Of a stretch of DNA of 64,000 bases, positions 12,108 through 25,225 are shown piece by piece (the first letter of the stretch is position 1; the number at the start of each line of letters is the position of its first letter). A program made the translations under genes and the position numbers. The notes beneath the pieces were generated by a model, which saw only the letters and a list, made by a program, of their open reading frames with translations, had not been told where the DNA came from and made no database searches. The stretch covers positions 5,644,001 to 5,708,000 of the forward strand of contig CM075996.1 of NCBI GenBank assembly GCA_038087875.1, in the 5' to 3' direction. Source of the stretch: Malacoraja senta (taxonomy: Eukaryota).

Positions 12108-13544
12108 ACGAAGGCCTTGCTCTAAACGACTCTAATAGACATCCAAGAGGTTGGCTTAGATCAACATAGCACCGCCTTTCCATTCTGATGTACCTCCAGC
12201 TGGAATCCCAGGCAGGTCTCGTTGGCGAGGCCAGATTTCTCTCACGACACGAATAAAGCCTCACGCCTGGATGTGTACGGACAACAGTTGTTCTCCAAGA
12301 CTTTCCACCCCTCTTTGTGAGAACCACAGCAACATTTAGCTTAACCAAATCACGGCCACGACTTAAACGGGTTGACAAAGAGGCCAGGCGTTGTGTGTCT
12401 TTGTATGAAGGTCAATCTGCTTACGGGGCATTTGTTGTTGATAAACGGGGCGGCACGGTGGCGCAGTTGTTGCCTCACGGCGCCAGAGACCCGGGTTCGA
12501 TCCTGACTACGGGCGCTGTCTGTACTGAGTTTGTACGTTCACCCCTGTGACCACGTGGGTTTTCTCCGGGTGCTCGGGTTTCCTCCCACACTCAAGTCCT
12601 GCAGGTCCGTAGGTCAATTGGCTTTGGTACCAAAAAAATATATATAAATTGCCCCTAGTGTGTAGGATAGTGCTGGTGTATGGGGTGATCGCTGGTCGGC
12701 ACGGACTTGATGGGCCGAAGGGCCCGTTTCTGTGTTGTATCTCCAAAGTCTAAATGTTTTCTTTATCCTCATTGCTGATTGGAAATGATGGCAATTATGT
12801 CAAGGACTTGAACTTTAAACCGAAGCTGCCTGAGCCCGTGAGAATGGAGGGTTAAGCAGACGTTGACCTTGTGTGCGGGAGACTTTGTGTGTGTTTGACT
12901 CTTCCGCACTCTGAAGCTGGTGTGGGGAAGATAAATAAACGGAGCGACAATGATGCCACAATCAACATCCTTCTACCTCGCCCATCTGTGCCCAGATACG
13001 CCTCGCACTACACGATGGACCCTTGGCCCCAGTAAATGTGTGTGGGGGGCTTGGTGCGCAGCGGTAGAGTCGTTGCCTCACAGCACCAGTCAGAGACCCG
13101 GGTTCGATCCTGACGACGGGCGCTGTCCGTATGGAGTTTGAATGTTCTCCCCGTGACCTGCGTGGGTTTTCTCCAGTTTCCCCTGGTTTGGTATAATTGT
13201 AAATTGTCCCCCAGTGTGTGTGGGATAGTGTTAATGTGCGGGGGTCGCAGGTCGGCGCGGACTCGGTGGGCCGAAGGGTCTGTTTCCGCGCTGTATCTCT
13301 AAACTAAACCAAACTAAATCACTGATACTGGGATGATTATCCTGACACATGCAGACTTCTCTTTGTCCTTTGAACGCACCGGGGCAGAGTATTTGTGTTC
13401 AGGCTCTCCCAACTTACGTAAACACGCACTTATGTAAGCATTTCCCTTACACCCCGTGGTCTCCACGTTGGAGCTTGTATATTTGCTCTCTCTCCCAGTT
13501 GACTATTGCAGACATTAACCTCTTGTTAACTAGATTGAGATAAG

Positions 13545-14020
13545 ACAATAGACAATAGGTGCCGGAGTAGGCCATTCGGCCCTTCGAGCCAGCAGCGCCA
13601 TTCAATGTGATCATGGCTGATCATCCCCAATCAGTACCCCGTTCCTGCCTTCTCCCCATATCCCCTGACTCCGCTATCTTTAAGAGCCCTATCTAGCTCT
13701 CTCTTGAAAGCATCCAGAGAACCGGCTTCCACCGCCCTCTGAGGCAGAGAATTCCACAGACTCACCACTCTGTGAGAAAAGTGTTTCCTCGTCTCCGCTC
13801 TAAATGGCTTACTCCTTATTCTTAAACTGTGGCCCCTGGTTCTGGACTCCCCCAACATCGGGAACTTGTTTCCTGCCTCCAGTGTGTCCAAGCCCTTAAC
13901 AATCTTATATGTTTCAATGAGAATTCCCTCTCATCCTTCTAAAACTCCAGAGTGTACAAGCCCAGCTGCTCCATTCTCTCAGCTTATGACAGTCCCGCCA
14001 TCCTGGGAATTAACCTTGTA
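13545..14020 (-). mobile_element. CR1 LINE 3' fragment
   Basis: ORF2 C-terminus and tail. Confidence 0.88.
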
Positions 14021-14309
14021 AGGGTAAGATGTGCGGGAAGGAACTGCAGATGCTGGTTAATACCACAGATGAAAACAAAGTGCTGGAGTAACTCAGTGGG
14101 ACAGGCGCCGTCTCTGGAGAAAATGGATAAGTGACATCTCGGGTCAGGACCCTTCCTTTGGCTCTGAACGTCCTCCATCCTTGTTCTCCAGAGATGCTGC
14201 CCGACCCACTGAGATTTTCCAAGGATCTATAGTTTTGGGCAGATGCTGGTTTAAACCGAAGATGGACACAAATAGCTGGAGTAACACATCTCTGGAGGGA
14301 AGGAACAGG

Positions 14310-14338
14310 TGACGTTTCGGGTCGAGACCCTTCTTCAG
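14310..14338 (-). ncRNA. Minimal hammerhead-ribozyme-like motif in a Penelope-derived repeat (representative copy)
   Basis: CTGAAGA-A-GGGTCTCGACCC-GAAAC-GTCA. Activity is unproven. Confidence 0.5.
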
Positions 14339-15487
14339 ACTGAAAGGAACATTGGATTTGGGATGGAGGAGGGGTCGTGGGAGGGATAGGGAGAGGGAAC
14401 CGGGTAAGGGATGAGGAACAGGGCTGGGAGGCGGAAAGAGGGATAGGGAGCGGGAGAAGGGATGGAACGAAGGAACAGGCAGGAACAGGACGTGGTGGCT
14501 CGGTGGCACAGCGGTAGAGTTGCTGCCTCACAGCGCCAGAGACCCGGGTTCGATCCTGACTACGGGTGCTGACTGTATGGAGTTTGTACGTTCTCCCCGT
14601 GACCGTGTGGGTTTTCTCCGGGTGCTCCGGTTTCCTCCCGCACTCCAAAAAAGACGTTTTGTAGGTTGATTGGCTTTGGTAAAAATTGTTCCTCGTGTGT
14701 GTAGTAGGATAGTCCTAGTGTACGGGATGATCGCTGGTCGGCGCGGGCTCGGTGGGCCGAAGGGCCTGTTTCCACGCAGTATCTCAAATTCCATGCAAAT
14801 TCTTATGGGGTTGGACAGGCTAGATGCAGGAAGATTGTTCCCGATGTTGGGGAAGTCCAGGACAAGGGGTCACAGCTTAAGGATAAGGGGGAAATCCTTT
14901 AAGACCGAGATGAGAAAAACATTTTTCACACAGAGAGTGGTGAATCTCTGGAACTCTCTGCCACAGAGGGTAGTTGAGGCCAGTTCATTGGCTATCTTTA
15001 AGAGGGAGTTAGATGTGGCCCTTGTGGCTAAAGGGATCAGGGGGTATGGAGAGAAGGCAGGTACAGGATACTGAGTTGGATGATCAGCCATGATCATATT
15101 GAATGGCGGTGCAGGCTCGAAGGGCCGAATGGCCTACTCCTGCACCTATTTTCTATGTATCTATGTATCTCGAAAGCCTCTAAAGTCTAAAGCCTTGGCA
15201 GTGTGGGAGGAAACCGGAGCACCACGGAGAAAACCCACGCGGTCACCGGGAGATCGTACAAACTCCGTACAGACGGCATCCGAGGTCAGGATCGAACCCG
15301 GGTCTCCGGCGTTGCGAGGCGGGCGCTCTACTCCTGCGCCACCTGTTGGATGTTTCCTGCATATTCAGTCTTTGTCTCAGATTTCCAGCGTCCTGCAGGA
15401 TGTTTTGAGTTCAATGGGACACGAATATCAGCTACAGAGCTTCAGAAGGTGCAAAGACCCCTTCAGTAATGCAATAAGGGGGAGGGG

Positions 15488-15881
15488 CACACGCACACAC
15501 ACACACACACACACATGCATACGCGCACGCACACGCACACACACACATGCATACACGCACGCACACACACACATGCATGCACACACACGCACACATACAC
15601 GCACACACACACATGCATGCACACACGCACACATACACACACTCACACGCACACACACACACACACTCACACATGCATACACGCACACACACACATGCAT
15701 GCGCACACATACACGCACTCACACACACACATGCATACACACGCACGCACACACACACATGCATACACGCACGCACACACATGCATGCACGCACGCACAC
15801 ACACACATGCACGCACACACACACACATGCATGCACACACACGCACACATACACACACTCACACGCACGCACACACACACC
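15488..15881. repeat. CA-rich complex microsatellite
   Basis: Directly visible. Confidence 0.95.
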
Positions 15882-16339
15882 AGGTAGGCTTGGATAGAGT
15901 GGATGTGGAGAAGATGTTTCCACCAGTGGGAGAGTCTAGGACCAGAGGTCACAGCCTCAGAATTAAAGGAGGTTCCTTTCGGAAGATGAGTCGGCATTTC
16001 TATAGTCAGCGGGTGGTGAATCTGTGGAATTCTTTGCCGCAGACAGCGGTGGAGGCCAAGTGAATGGATATTTTTAAGGCAGAGATAGATCAACAGATTC
16101 TTGATTAGTACGGGTGTCGGGGGTTATGGGGAGAAGGCAGGAGAATGGGGTTAGAAGGGAGAGATGATTGAATGGCGGAGTAGACTTGATGGGCTGAATG
16201 GCCTAATTCTGCTCCTATCAGGTATGAACTCCAGCAACACAGGACCAAGTGATGTATATGAAGTGATTTTATTTCGAGTTTAGCATTGGAGTGAGCGGAC
16301 ACTCTGGGGGAGAGAGAGGAGGCCGGTCGGTGTCAGGGC

Positions 16340-16498
16340 TCAGCAGGGAAACGCTGGGCGTTGGAGGAAGTGCCACAGGGTGTACGGCCACCTGGTCTTG
16401 GAATTCAGTTGCCGCTTCAGGATGTACGGCAACCTTTGGCGAACGGACCTGTTCAGCCTTCGTTTCCCGTTGTGTCTCCAAGCTTCACACAGCAGGAC
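16340..16498 (-). CDS. Neurotensin/neuromedin N-like precursor, terminal exon (VLLCEAWRHNGKRRLNRSVRQRLPYILKRQLNSKTRWPYTLWHFLQRPAFPC*)
   Basis: Strong (CT)n...CAG acceptor. LPYIL-KR-QL.....R.PY.L mirrors NTS KIPYIL-KR-QLYENKPRRPYIL. AATAAA on the minus strand at 16268-16273. Confidence 0.85.
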   Translation of the reverse strand, partial: VLLCEAWRHNGKRRLNRSVRQRLPYILKRQLNSKTRWPYTLWHFLQRPAFPC

Positions 16499-16974
16499 CT
16501 GAGGAGATGGACAGAGAGAGAGAGAGAGAGTGAGAGCATAAGACACAGCAGCAGAATTAGGCCATTCAGCCCATCGAGTGTGTGTGTTCCGCCATTCAAT
16601 CATGGCCGATCTACCTTTCTGCCGGTTCTCTCTCCGCCACACTCCGCACCCTCTCCCTCCCCACACTCCTCCCCCTTTCTCTCAACCCCCTTCTCCCCAT
16701 AACCCCTGACACCCTTATTGATCAAGAATCTGTTAACCTCCGCTTTAAATAATCCCCATGACTAGGCCTCCGCAGCCTCCACAGATTCACCGCCCTCTGG
16801 CTAAAGAAATTCCTCCTCATCTGCTTTCTAAAGGTACGTCCTTTAATTCTGAGGCTTTGCCCTCTGGTCCTAGACTCTCCCACTGGTGGAAACATCCTCT
16901 CCACTGTACCCAGGCCTTTCATGATTCAGTAGGTTTGGATGAGACCCCCGTGAGGGGGGGAGGGTGGTCAATAC

Positions 16975-17006
16975 GCGGAGCATGTCCCCCCGCAGCAGCC
17001 ACGTAA
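16975..17006 (-). CDS. Candidate 32-nt exon of the NTS-like gene (L-TWLLRGDMLR)
   Basis: ctccctttctctcag acceptor, weaker GTATTG donor. Needed only in splice model B. Confidence 0.4.
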
Positions 17007-17069
17007 CTGAGAGAAAGGGAGATCTGTGTGAGGGGTTAACGTGGATGTTTGGCAACGTAACGGGGAGCT

Positions 17070-18710
17070 AACTGGGGAACGGGTCACACACACACACACA
17101 CGCACACACACTGGGGAACGGGTCACACACACACACACACACTGGGGAACGGGTCACACACACACACACACACTGGGGAACGGGTCACACACACACACTG
17201 GGGAACGGGTCACACACTCGCACACGCACGCACACACACACTGGGGGAAGGAACACACACTCGCACACACACACACACGGGGAAGGAACACACACGTGCA
17301 CACACACACGCACACACACTGGGGGAAGGAACACACACTCGCACACACACACACACTGGGGGAAGGAACGCACACACACACACACTGGGGGAAGGAACAC
17401 ACACGCACGCACACACACACACTGGGGGAAGGAACGCACACTCGCGCACACACACACACTGGGGGAAGGGAACGCACACTCGCACACACACACACACACA
17501 TGGGGAAGGAACACACACACACACACACTGGGGGAAGGAACACACAATCGCACACTCACACGCGCGCGCACACGCACACAAACACACGGGGAGGGAACAC
17601 ACACTCGCACACTCACACTCGCTCAAAGACTCACACTCAAACACTCGCACACACACTTAAACATACACACACACTTGCACACTCAAACACTCGCACACAC
17701 ACACTTAAACACATACACTCACACACACTCAAACACACACACTCTCAAACATATACATTCACACAAACACACACTCAAACACACACACTCAAACACATAT
17801 GCACGCTCACACACACTCAAACACACACACACACACACTCAAACACACACACACTCAAACACACACTCACACACAAACAAGTCAAGTCACTTTTATTTCT
17901 ATAGCACATTTACAAAACAACTCTCGTTGACCAAAGTGCTTTACATTGGTGGAGGTACTAACGTTATACAACAGTGGTTCATAGATTAAGTACATACATA
18001 AATACATACATACAGCCCTCCCTCAGAGGACGTCAAGAAAGGCTTGAGAGTAAAGATGAGTTTTTAGTCTCGACTTAAAGGAGTCGATGGAGGGGCAGTT
18101 CTGATGGGAAGGGGGATGCTGTTCCACAGTCTAGGAGCTGCAACCGCAAAGGCGCGGTCGTCCCTGAGCTTATGCCTAGACGGATGTTCAGTAACCCACA
18201 CAAACGCACACACAAACACACACACTCAAACACACACACACTAACACTCACACACTCAAACACACACACACACACACTCACACACTCAAACACACACACA
18301 CTCAAACACACACACACACACACTCACACACTCAAACACACACACACTCAAACACACACACTCACACACTCAAACACACACACACACACTCACACACTCA
18401 CACACTCAAACACACACACACACACTCACACACTCACACACTCAAACACACACACACACACACTCACACACTCAAACACACACACACTAACACTCACACA
18501 CTCAAACACACACACACACACACTCACACACTCAAACACACACACACACTCAAACACACACACTCACACACTCAAACACACACACACACACACTCACACA
18601 CTCACACACTCAAACACACACACACACACACTCACACACTCAAACACACACACACACACTCACACACTCACACACTCAAACACACACACAAACACATACA
18701 CACACTCACT
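17070..18710. repeat. CA-rich compound arrays, interrupted by an L2 fragment
   Basis: Units ctggggaacgggtca(ca)n, ctgggggaagga(ac)n and ctcaaa(ca)n. Confidence 0.93.
17880..18183 (-). mobile_element. L2 LINE 3' fragment, same family as 31321
   Basis: Reverse complement matches about 31438-31745. Confidence 0.8.
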
Positions 18711-18855
18711 GGGGTCCAACAGTGTTTGTGTGTGTGCGGGGATCGCTGGTCGTCGTGGACCCGTTGGGCCGAAGGGCCTGTTTCCGCACTGTTTCTCTAA
18801 ACTAAACAAAATTACATTCTTCCACAGAGAGGTAAAGTAGTGAAAGTGTACTCAC

Positions 18856-18914
18856 GCGTGTGTTTTGCAAACCCTCGCTGGCAACGCGTGTCAGCCCTGT
18901 GGGAATCTGGAGCT
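18856..18914 (-). CDS. 59-nt internal exon of the NTS-like gene
   Basis: ttgtttttccccag acceptor and gtgagt donor, in an island of unique sequence between repeats. Confidence 0.7.
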
Positions 18915-19382
18915 CTGGGGAAAAACAAGGAGAGGCCATCAGCCAGTGGAAGTGAAGGTGTCCTCGCACACTTTAGTTTAGAGAAACAGGCCCTTCGGCC
19001 CACCGACTCCGCGCCGACCAGCGATCACCCCGTACACTAACATTATCCTACACACACTAGGGGCAATTTACAACTTTACCGAAGCCAATTAGCCTACAAG
19101 TCTGTATGTCTTTGGAGGAAACTGGCACACCCAGAGAAAAACCCATGCGGGTCATGGGGAGAACGTACAAACTTCGTACAGACAGCACCCGTGGTCAGGA
19201 TCGAACCTGGGTCTCTGGCGCTGTGAGGCAGCAACTCTACCGCTGCGTCACCGTGCCGCCCACATACGGTGGCAATACACTCACAAGTTCATAAGACATA
19301 GCAGCAGAGTTAGGCCACTCGGCCCATTGAGTCCATTCCGCCATTCAATTTTTCCCCTGATCTATCTTTCCCCTCTCAACTC

Positions 19383-22110
19383 ATAGATACATAGATACAT
19401 AGAAAATAGGTGCAGGAGTAGGCCATTCGGCCCTTCGAGCCTGCACCGCCATTCAATACGATCATGGCTGATCATCCAACTCAGTATCCCGTACCTGCCT
19501 TCTCTCCATACCCCCTGATCCCTTTAGCCACAAGGGCCACATCTAATTCCCTCTTAAATATAGCCAATGAACTGGCCTCAACTACCCTCTGTGGCAGAGA
19601 GTTCCAGAGATTCACCACTCTCTGTGTGAAAAAGTTTTTCCTCATCTCGGTCTTAAAGGATTTCCCCCTTATCCTTAAGCTGTGACCCCTTGTCCTGGAC
19701 TTCCCCAACATCGGGAACAATCTTCCTGCATCTAGCCTGTCCAACCCCATAAGAATTTTGTACGTTTCTATAAGATCCCCTCTCAATCTCCTAAATTCTA
19801 GCGAGTATAAGCCAAGTCTATCCAGTCTTTCTTCATATGAAAGTCCTGACATCCCAGGAATCAGTCTGGTGAACCTTCTCTGCACTCCCTCTATGGCTAT
19901 AATGTCCTTCCTCAGATTTGGAGACCAAAACTGTACGCAATACTCCAGGTGTGGTCTCACCAAGACCCTGTACAACTGCAGTAGAACCTCCCTGCTCCTA
20001 TACTCAAATCCTCTTGCTATGAAGGCCAACATACCATTCGCTTTCTTCACTGCCTGCTGCACCTGCATGCCTACTTTCAATGACTGGTGTACCATGACAC
20101 CCAGGTCTCGCTGCATCTCCCCATTTCCTAATCGGCCACCATTTAGATAATAGTCTGCCTTCCCGTTTTTGCTACCAAAGTGGATAACCTCACATTTATC
20201 CACATTATACTGCATCTGCCAAACATTTGCCCACTCACCCAGCCTATCCAGGTCACCTTGCAGTCTCCTAGCATCCTCCTCACAGCTAACACTGCCCCCC
20301 AGCTTAGTGTCATCCGCAAACTTGGAGATGTTGCTTTCAATTCCCTCGTCCAGATCATTAATATAAATTGTAAATAGCTGGGGTCCCAGCACTGAGCCTT
20401 GCGGTACCCCACTAGTCACTGCCTGCCATTGTGAAAAGGACCCGTTTACTCCTACTCTTTGCTTCCTGTTTGCCAGCCAGTTCTCTATCCACATCAATAC
20501 TGAACCCCCAATACCGTGTGATTTAAGTTTGTATCCTAATCTCTTATGTGGTACCTTGTCGAAAGCCTTCTGAAAGTCCAGATACAACACATCCACTGGT
20601 TCTCCCCTATCCACTCTACTAGTTACATCCTCGAAAAATTCTATAAGATTCGTCAGACACGATTTACCTTTCGTAAATCCATGCTGACTTTGTCCAATGA
20701 TTTCACCACTTTCCAAATGTGCTGCTATCCCATCTTTAATAACTGACTCTAGCAGTTTCCCCACTACCGATGTTAGACTAACTGGTCTGTAATTCCCCGT
20801 TTTCTCTCTCCCTCCCTTCTTAAAAAGTGGGGTTACGTTTGCTACCCTCCAATCCTCAGGAACTACTCCAGAATCTAAAGAGTTTTGAAAAATTATCACT
20901 AATGCATCCACTATTTCTGGAGCTACTTCCTTAAGTACTCTGGGATGCAGCCTATCTGGCCCTGGTGATTTATCGGCCTTTAATCCATTCAATTTACCCA
21001 ACACCACTTCCCGACTAACCTGGATTTCACTCAGTTCCTCCATCTCCTTTGACCCGCGGCCCCCTGCTATTTCCGGCAGATTATTTATGTCTTCCTTAGT
21101 GAAGACGGAACCAAAGTAGTTATTCAATTGGTCTGCCATATCCTTGTTCCCCATGATCAATTCACCTGTTTCTGACTGCAAGGGACCTACATTTGATTTA
21201 ACTAATCTCTTTCTCTTCACATATCTATAAAAACTTTTGCAGTCAGTTTTTATGTTCCCTGCCAGTTTCCTTTCATAATCTATTTTCCCTTTCCTAATTA
21301 AGCCCTTTGTCCTCCTCTGCTGGTCTCTGAATTTCTCCCAGTCCTCTGGTATGCTGCTTTTTCTGGCTAATTTGTACGCATCATCTTTTGCTTTGATACT
21401 ATCCCTGATTTCCCTTGTTATCCACGGATGCACTACCTTCCTTGATTTATTCTTTTGCCAAACTGGGATGAACAATTTTTGTAGTTCATCCATGCAGTCT
21501 TTAAATGCCTTCCATTGCATATCCACCGTCAACCCTTTTAGAACTAATTGCCAGTCAATCTTGGCCAATTCACGTCTCATACCCTCAAAGTTACCTTTCT
21601 TTAAGTTCAGAACCGTTGTTTCTGAATTAACAATGTCACTCTCCATCCTAATGAAGAACTCAACCATATTATGATCACTCTTGCCCAAGGGGGCACGCAC
21701 AACAAGTCTGCTAACTAACCCTTCCTCATTACTCAATACCAAGTCTAGAATAGCCTGCTCTCTCGTTGGTTCCTCTACATGTTGGTTTAGATAACTATCC
21801 CTCATACATTCCAAGAAATCCTCTTCCTCAGCACCCCTGCCAATTTGATTCACCCAATCTATATGTAGATTGAAGTCACCCATTATAACTGTTTTGCCTT
21901 TGTTGCACGCATTTCTAATTTCCTGTTTGATGCCATCCCCAACTTCACTACTACTGCTAGGTGGCCTGTACACAACACCCACCAGCGTTTTCTGCCCCTT
22001 AGTGTTTCGCAGCTCTACCCATAACGATTCCACATCCTCCAAGCTAATGTCCTTCCTTTCCACTGCGTTAATCTCCTCTCTAACCAGCAACGCTACCCCA
22101 CCTCCTTTTC
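19383..22110 (-). mobile_element. 5'-truncated young CR1 LINE with uninterrupted ORF2 (partial APE endonuclease + RT)
   Basis: 887-aa ORF with GDFN, SDH, PQGSVLGP and FADD motifs. CR1 3'UTR and (CTATGTAT)n tail. Splits an older CR1 3' fragment. Confidence 0.95.
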
Positions 22111-22327
22111 CATTCTCCTGCCTTCCCTCCGTAAGATTTGGCACCCTTACAAATCAAGAAACTGTCAATCTCCACTTTAAAAACACTCACTGACTTGGCC
22201 TCCACAGCTGTCTGTGGTGACGAGTCCCACAGATTCACCACCCTGTGACTAAATAAATTCCTCCTCATCTCCTTTCTAAAGGTTTATTCTGAGGCTGCGC
22301 CCTCTGGTCCTAGACTCTCCCACTCAC

Positions 22328-22344
22328 TCAGGGAAAAAAGCTGT
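22328..22344 (-). CDS. Candidate 17-nt micro-exon of the NTS-like gene
   Basis: tttgtttccccag acceptor and gtgagt donor; phase-compatible with the flanking exons. Confidence 0.5.
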
Positions 22345-22589
22345 CTGGGGAAACAAAGTCTAAGGGAGGAAAAACTGTTTCCACGTAACATTCCTTCAGT
22401 ATCCAGACACTGTTATCCCTTAAGAAGGCAGTCTGTCCTTTTTGTCATGGGAGGCCATTGAAAACGGCAAATAATCACTTCTATTGACACTCGTAAAAAT
22501 GATGCTCTGTTAAATAATATAAAAGGCCGCATTTTGTAAATTTTGGTAACAAAACTAAATTTAAGGCTATTAAAAGTCACTTTTTTTTC

Positions 22590-23250
22590 CTTTAAAAAAA
22601 TATATATATTTATTAGAAGTACATTACATTACAACCACATACATTAGTACTCGTCACTTATGTCTTCTTACAATTAATGTACTCCATTTATTTTTTACAC
22701 TAGAAAAGGAAAAGATTGAAAGAAAGAAGAAAGTGAAGGAAAAAGTGAGAGTGTAGAAAATGTGACAACAAGAAAGGACGAAGACCCTATAAGAGCAAAA
22801 TTAAAAACAAAAGAAAAAGAGTTAAGAAATAGACCCTAGAAAAGAAAGAGAAAGAGAAAGAGGAAAAAAAGAGAAACAAATATTTTTATGAGCATTACGT
22901 AAATGGGACATACCAACTCTTCAACTAGCATCCCCCCTTACCTGACCTCAATTTTTTTTTAAGGTACCTTTGCACCCTATATTTGTAATAATTCTATAAA
23001 TGCAGACCACGTCAGGTGGAAGTGATCTGGTTTACCTGCCAGGAGGAGTCTTATCTCTTCTAGGTGTAATGTTTCGAACATATTTGAAATCCACATGTTT
23101 ATGGTTGGTATTGGAGCCTTCTTCCAAAATTTTAGAATTAGCTTTTTTCCAGTTATTAACCCATAGTCTATTAGTTTCTTTTGAAACACATTTAGTTCTG
23201 GACCATCTTCCGTTATTCCGAAGATACTTCGGATTAAAAGTTACTTTAAA
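22590..23250 (-). mobile_element. L1-like LINE 3' fragment
   Basis: KKLILKFWKK..PTINMWI...LHLE resembles an L1 ORF2 C-terminus; pyrimidine-rich UTR and A-rich tail. A related fragment lies at about 56870-57395. Confidence 0.6.
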
Positions 23251-25001
23251 AAGCTGCAGCACCCGCTGGGTTTCTCCAGCACTTTTGTCTACCTTCGATT
23301 TTCCAGCATCTGCAGTTCCATCTTGAACACTTTATTTTTGAACCGCTTTGTTATTGCGAGTCCACAACTCTCTCGCCCTGAACCCCCTTTTTCACCATCG
23401 GTTACACACAGCCCAGACCATCACGCACACCAACCTCCCTTCCATCCACTCCATCTACACCTAACGCTGCCTCGGCAAGGCCAGCAGCATAATCAAGGAC
23501 CAGTCTCATCCCGGTCACTCCCTCTTCTCCCCTCTCCCATCAGGCTAGAGGTGCAGAAGTGTGAAAACGCATACCTCCAGAGTCAGGGGCAGTCTGAAGA
23601 AGGGTTTCGGCCCGAAACGTTGCCTATTTCCTTCGCTCCATAGATGCTGCTTCACCCGCTGAGTTTCTCCAGCACTTTTGTCTACATCCTATTACCAGCT
23701 AGAGTGCGGTCCTGACCTCCCATCTACCTCATTGGAGACCTACAAACTATCTTTAATCGGACTTTATCTTGCAATAAATGTTGTGTCCTTTATCCTTTAT
23801 CTGTACACTGTGGACGGCTCGATTATAATCATGTATTATAGTCTTTTCTTTGACTGGGCAGCAGGTAACAAAAAGCTTTTAATTCTACCTTGGTACACAT
23901 GACAATTATAAACCAGACTGAAGAAGGGTCTCGAACTGAAACGCCACCTATTCCTTTTCTCTCGAGAAGCTGCCTAACCTGCTGAGTTAGACAACACACA
24001 ATAGGTTCAGGAGTAGGCCATTCGGCCCCTTGAGCCAGCACCGCCATTCAATGTGATCATGGCTGATCATCCCCAATCAGTGCCCCGTTCCTGCCTTCTC
24101 CCCATAGCCCCATAACCCCGCTATCCCTAAGAGCTCTGTCTAACTCTCTCTTGAAAGCATCCAAAGAACCAGCCTCCACCGCCCTCTGAGGCAGAGAATT
24201 CCACAGAACCAGGGGCCACAGTTTAAGAATAAGGGTAAGCCATTTAGAACGGAGACGAGGAAACACTTTTTCTCACAGAGAGTTGTGAGTCTGTGGAATT
24301 CTCTGCCTCAGAGGGCGGTGGAGGCAGGTTCTCTGGATACTTTCAAGAGAGAGCTAGATAGGGCTCTTAAAAATAGTGGAGTCAGGGGATATGGGGAGAA
24401 GGCAGGAATGGGGTGTTAAAGAAGGAACTGCAGATGCTGGAAAATCGAAGGTACACAAAAATGCTGGAGAAACTCAGCGGGTGCAGCAGCATCTATGGAG
24501 CGAAGGAAATAGGTAACATTTCGGGCCGAAACCCTTCTTCAGACGCAGTCTTAAGCAGGAACGGGGTACTGATTGGAGATGATCAGCCATGATCACATTG
24601 AATGGCGGTGCTGGCTCAAAGGGCCAAATGGCCTAATCCTGCACCTATTGTCTATTGTCTATTGTCACACACCTACAACTCTCTGTGTGAAAAAGTGTTT
24701 CCTTATCTGCGTTCTATCACGTGCAGGCAGAGGAGATCAGTTTAACTTGGCATGGTGTTCGGCCCAGACATTGTGGGCCAAGGGCCCTGTTGTGCTGTAC
24801 TGTCCAGCATTCTGTGTATGCAGTTTCTAGATCATCCCAGAATGCTGCATCAATGAAGTGTGTGCCTCTTACTCAGAGAACATAGAATAAACATAGAACA
24901 GTCCAGTACACGATGTTTGTGCCCAACGAGTTACTCCAACTATTTATGTCCATCTTAAACTAAACTAATCACATAATTTTCTACAACATGAGATTTCTTA
25001 C

Positions 25002-25044
25002 CGGGCACAACTGTCGTGCCATAGCAGAGTAAATAGCCTGCACC
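25002..25044 (-). CDS. 43-nt internal exon of the NTS-like gene
   Basis: ttccag acceptor and gtaaga donor. One frame reads VQAIYSAMARQLCP. Confidence 0.6.
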
Positions 25045-25152
25045 CTGGAACCAGTCAAGCAGGCTTCATTGCACAAGGTGCAAAGTGCGTCAGGCAGTAT
25101 CTGTGGAGGAAATGGACTGACAACTTTTCTGTTTGGTATCCTTCTTCAGAGT

Positions 25153-25225
25153 GGCTCCATAGCTCAGGGGTTAGAGCACTGGTCTTGTAAACCAGGGGTC
25201 GTGAGTTCAAATCTCACTGGAGCCT
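25153..25225 (+). tRNA. tRNA-Thr(TGT)
   Basis: 73-nt cloverleaf with all stems paired: GGCTCCA/TGGAGCC, GCTC/GAGC, CTGGT/ACCAG, GTGAG/CTCAC. Anticodon loop CTTGTAA; TTTT at 25231-25234. Confidence 0.95.

Noticed and set aside
16269..16481. Alternative-frame ORF METQRETK...
   Set aside because: No recognisable homology; the PYIL frame fits both the acceptor and the NTS pattern.
15090..18840. His/Thr-rich and Cys/Val-rich ORFs
   Set aside because: CA/TG microsatellite translations.
22111..22144. N-terminus MPNLTEGRQENG of the 887-aa ORF as a true start
   Set aside because: Contributed by the flanking older CR1 UTR; the element itself is 5'-truncated.
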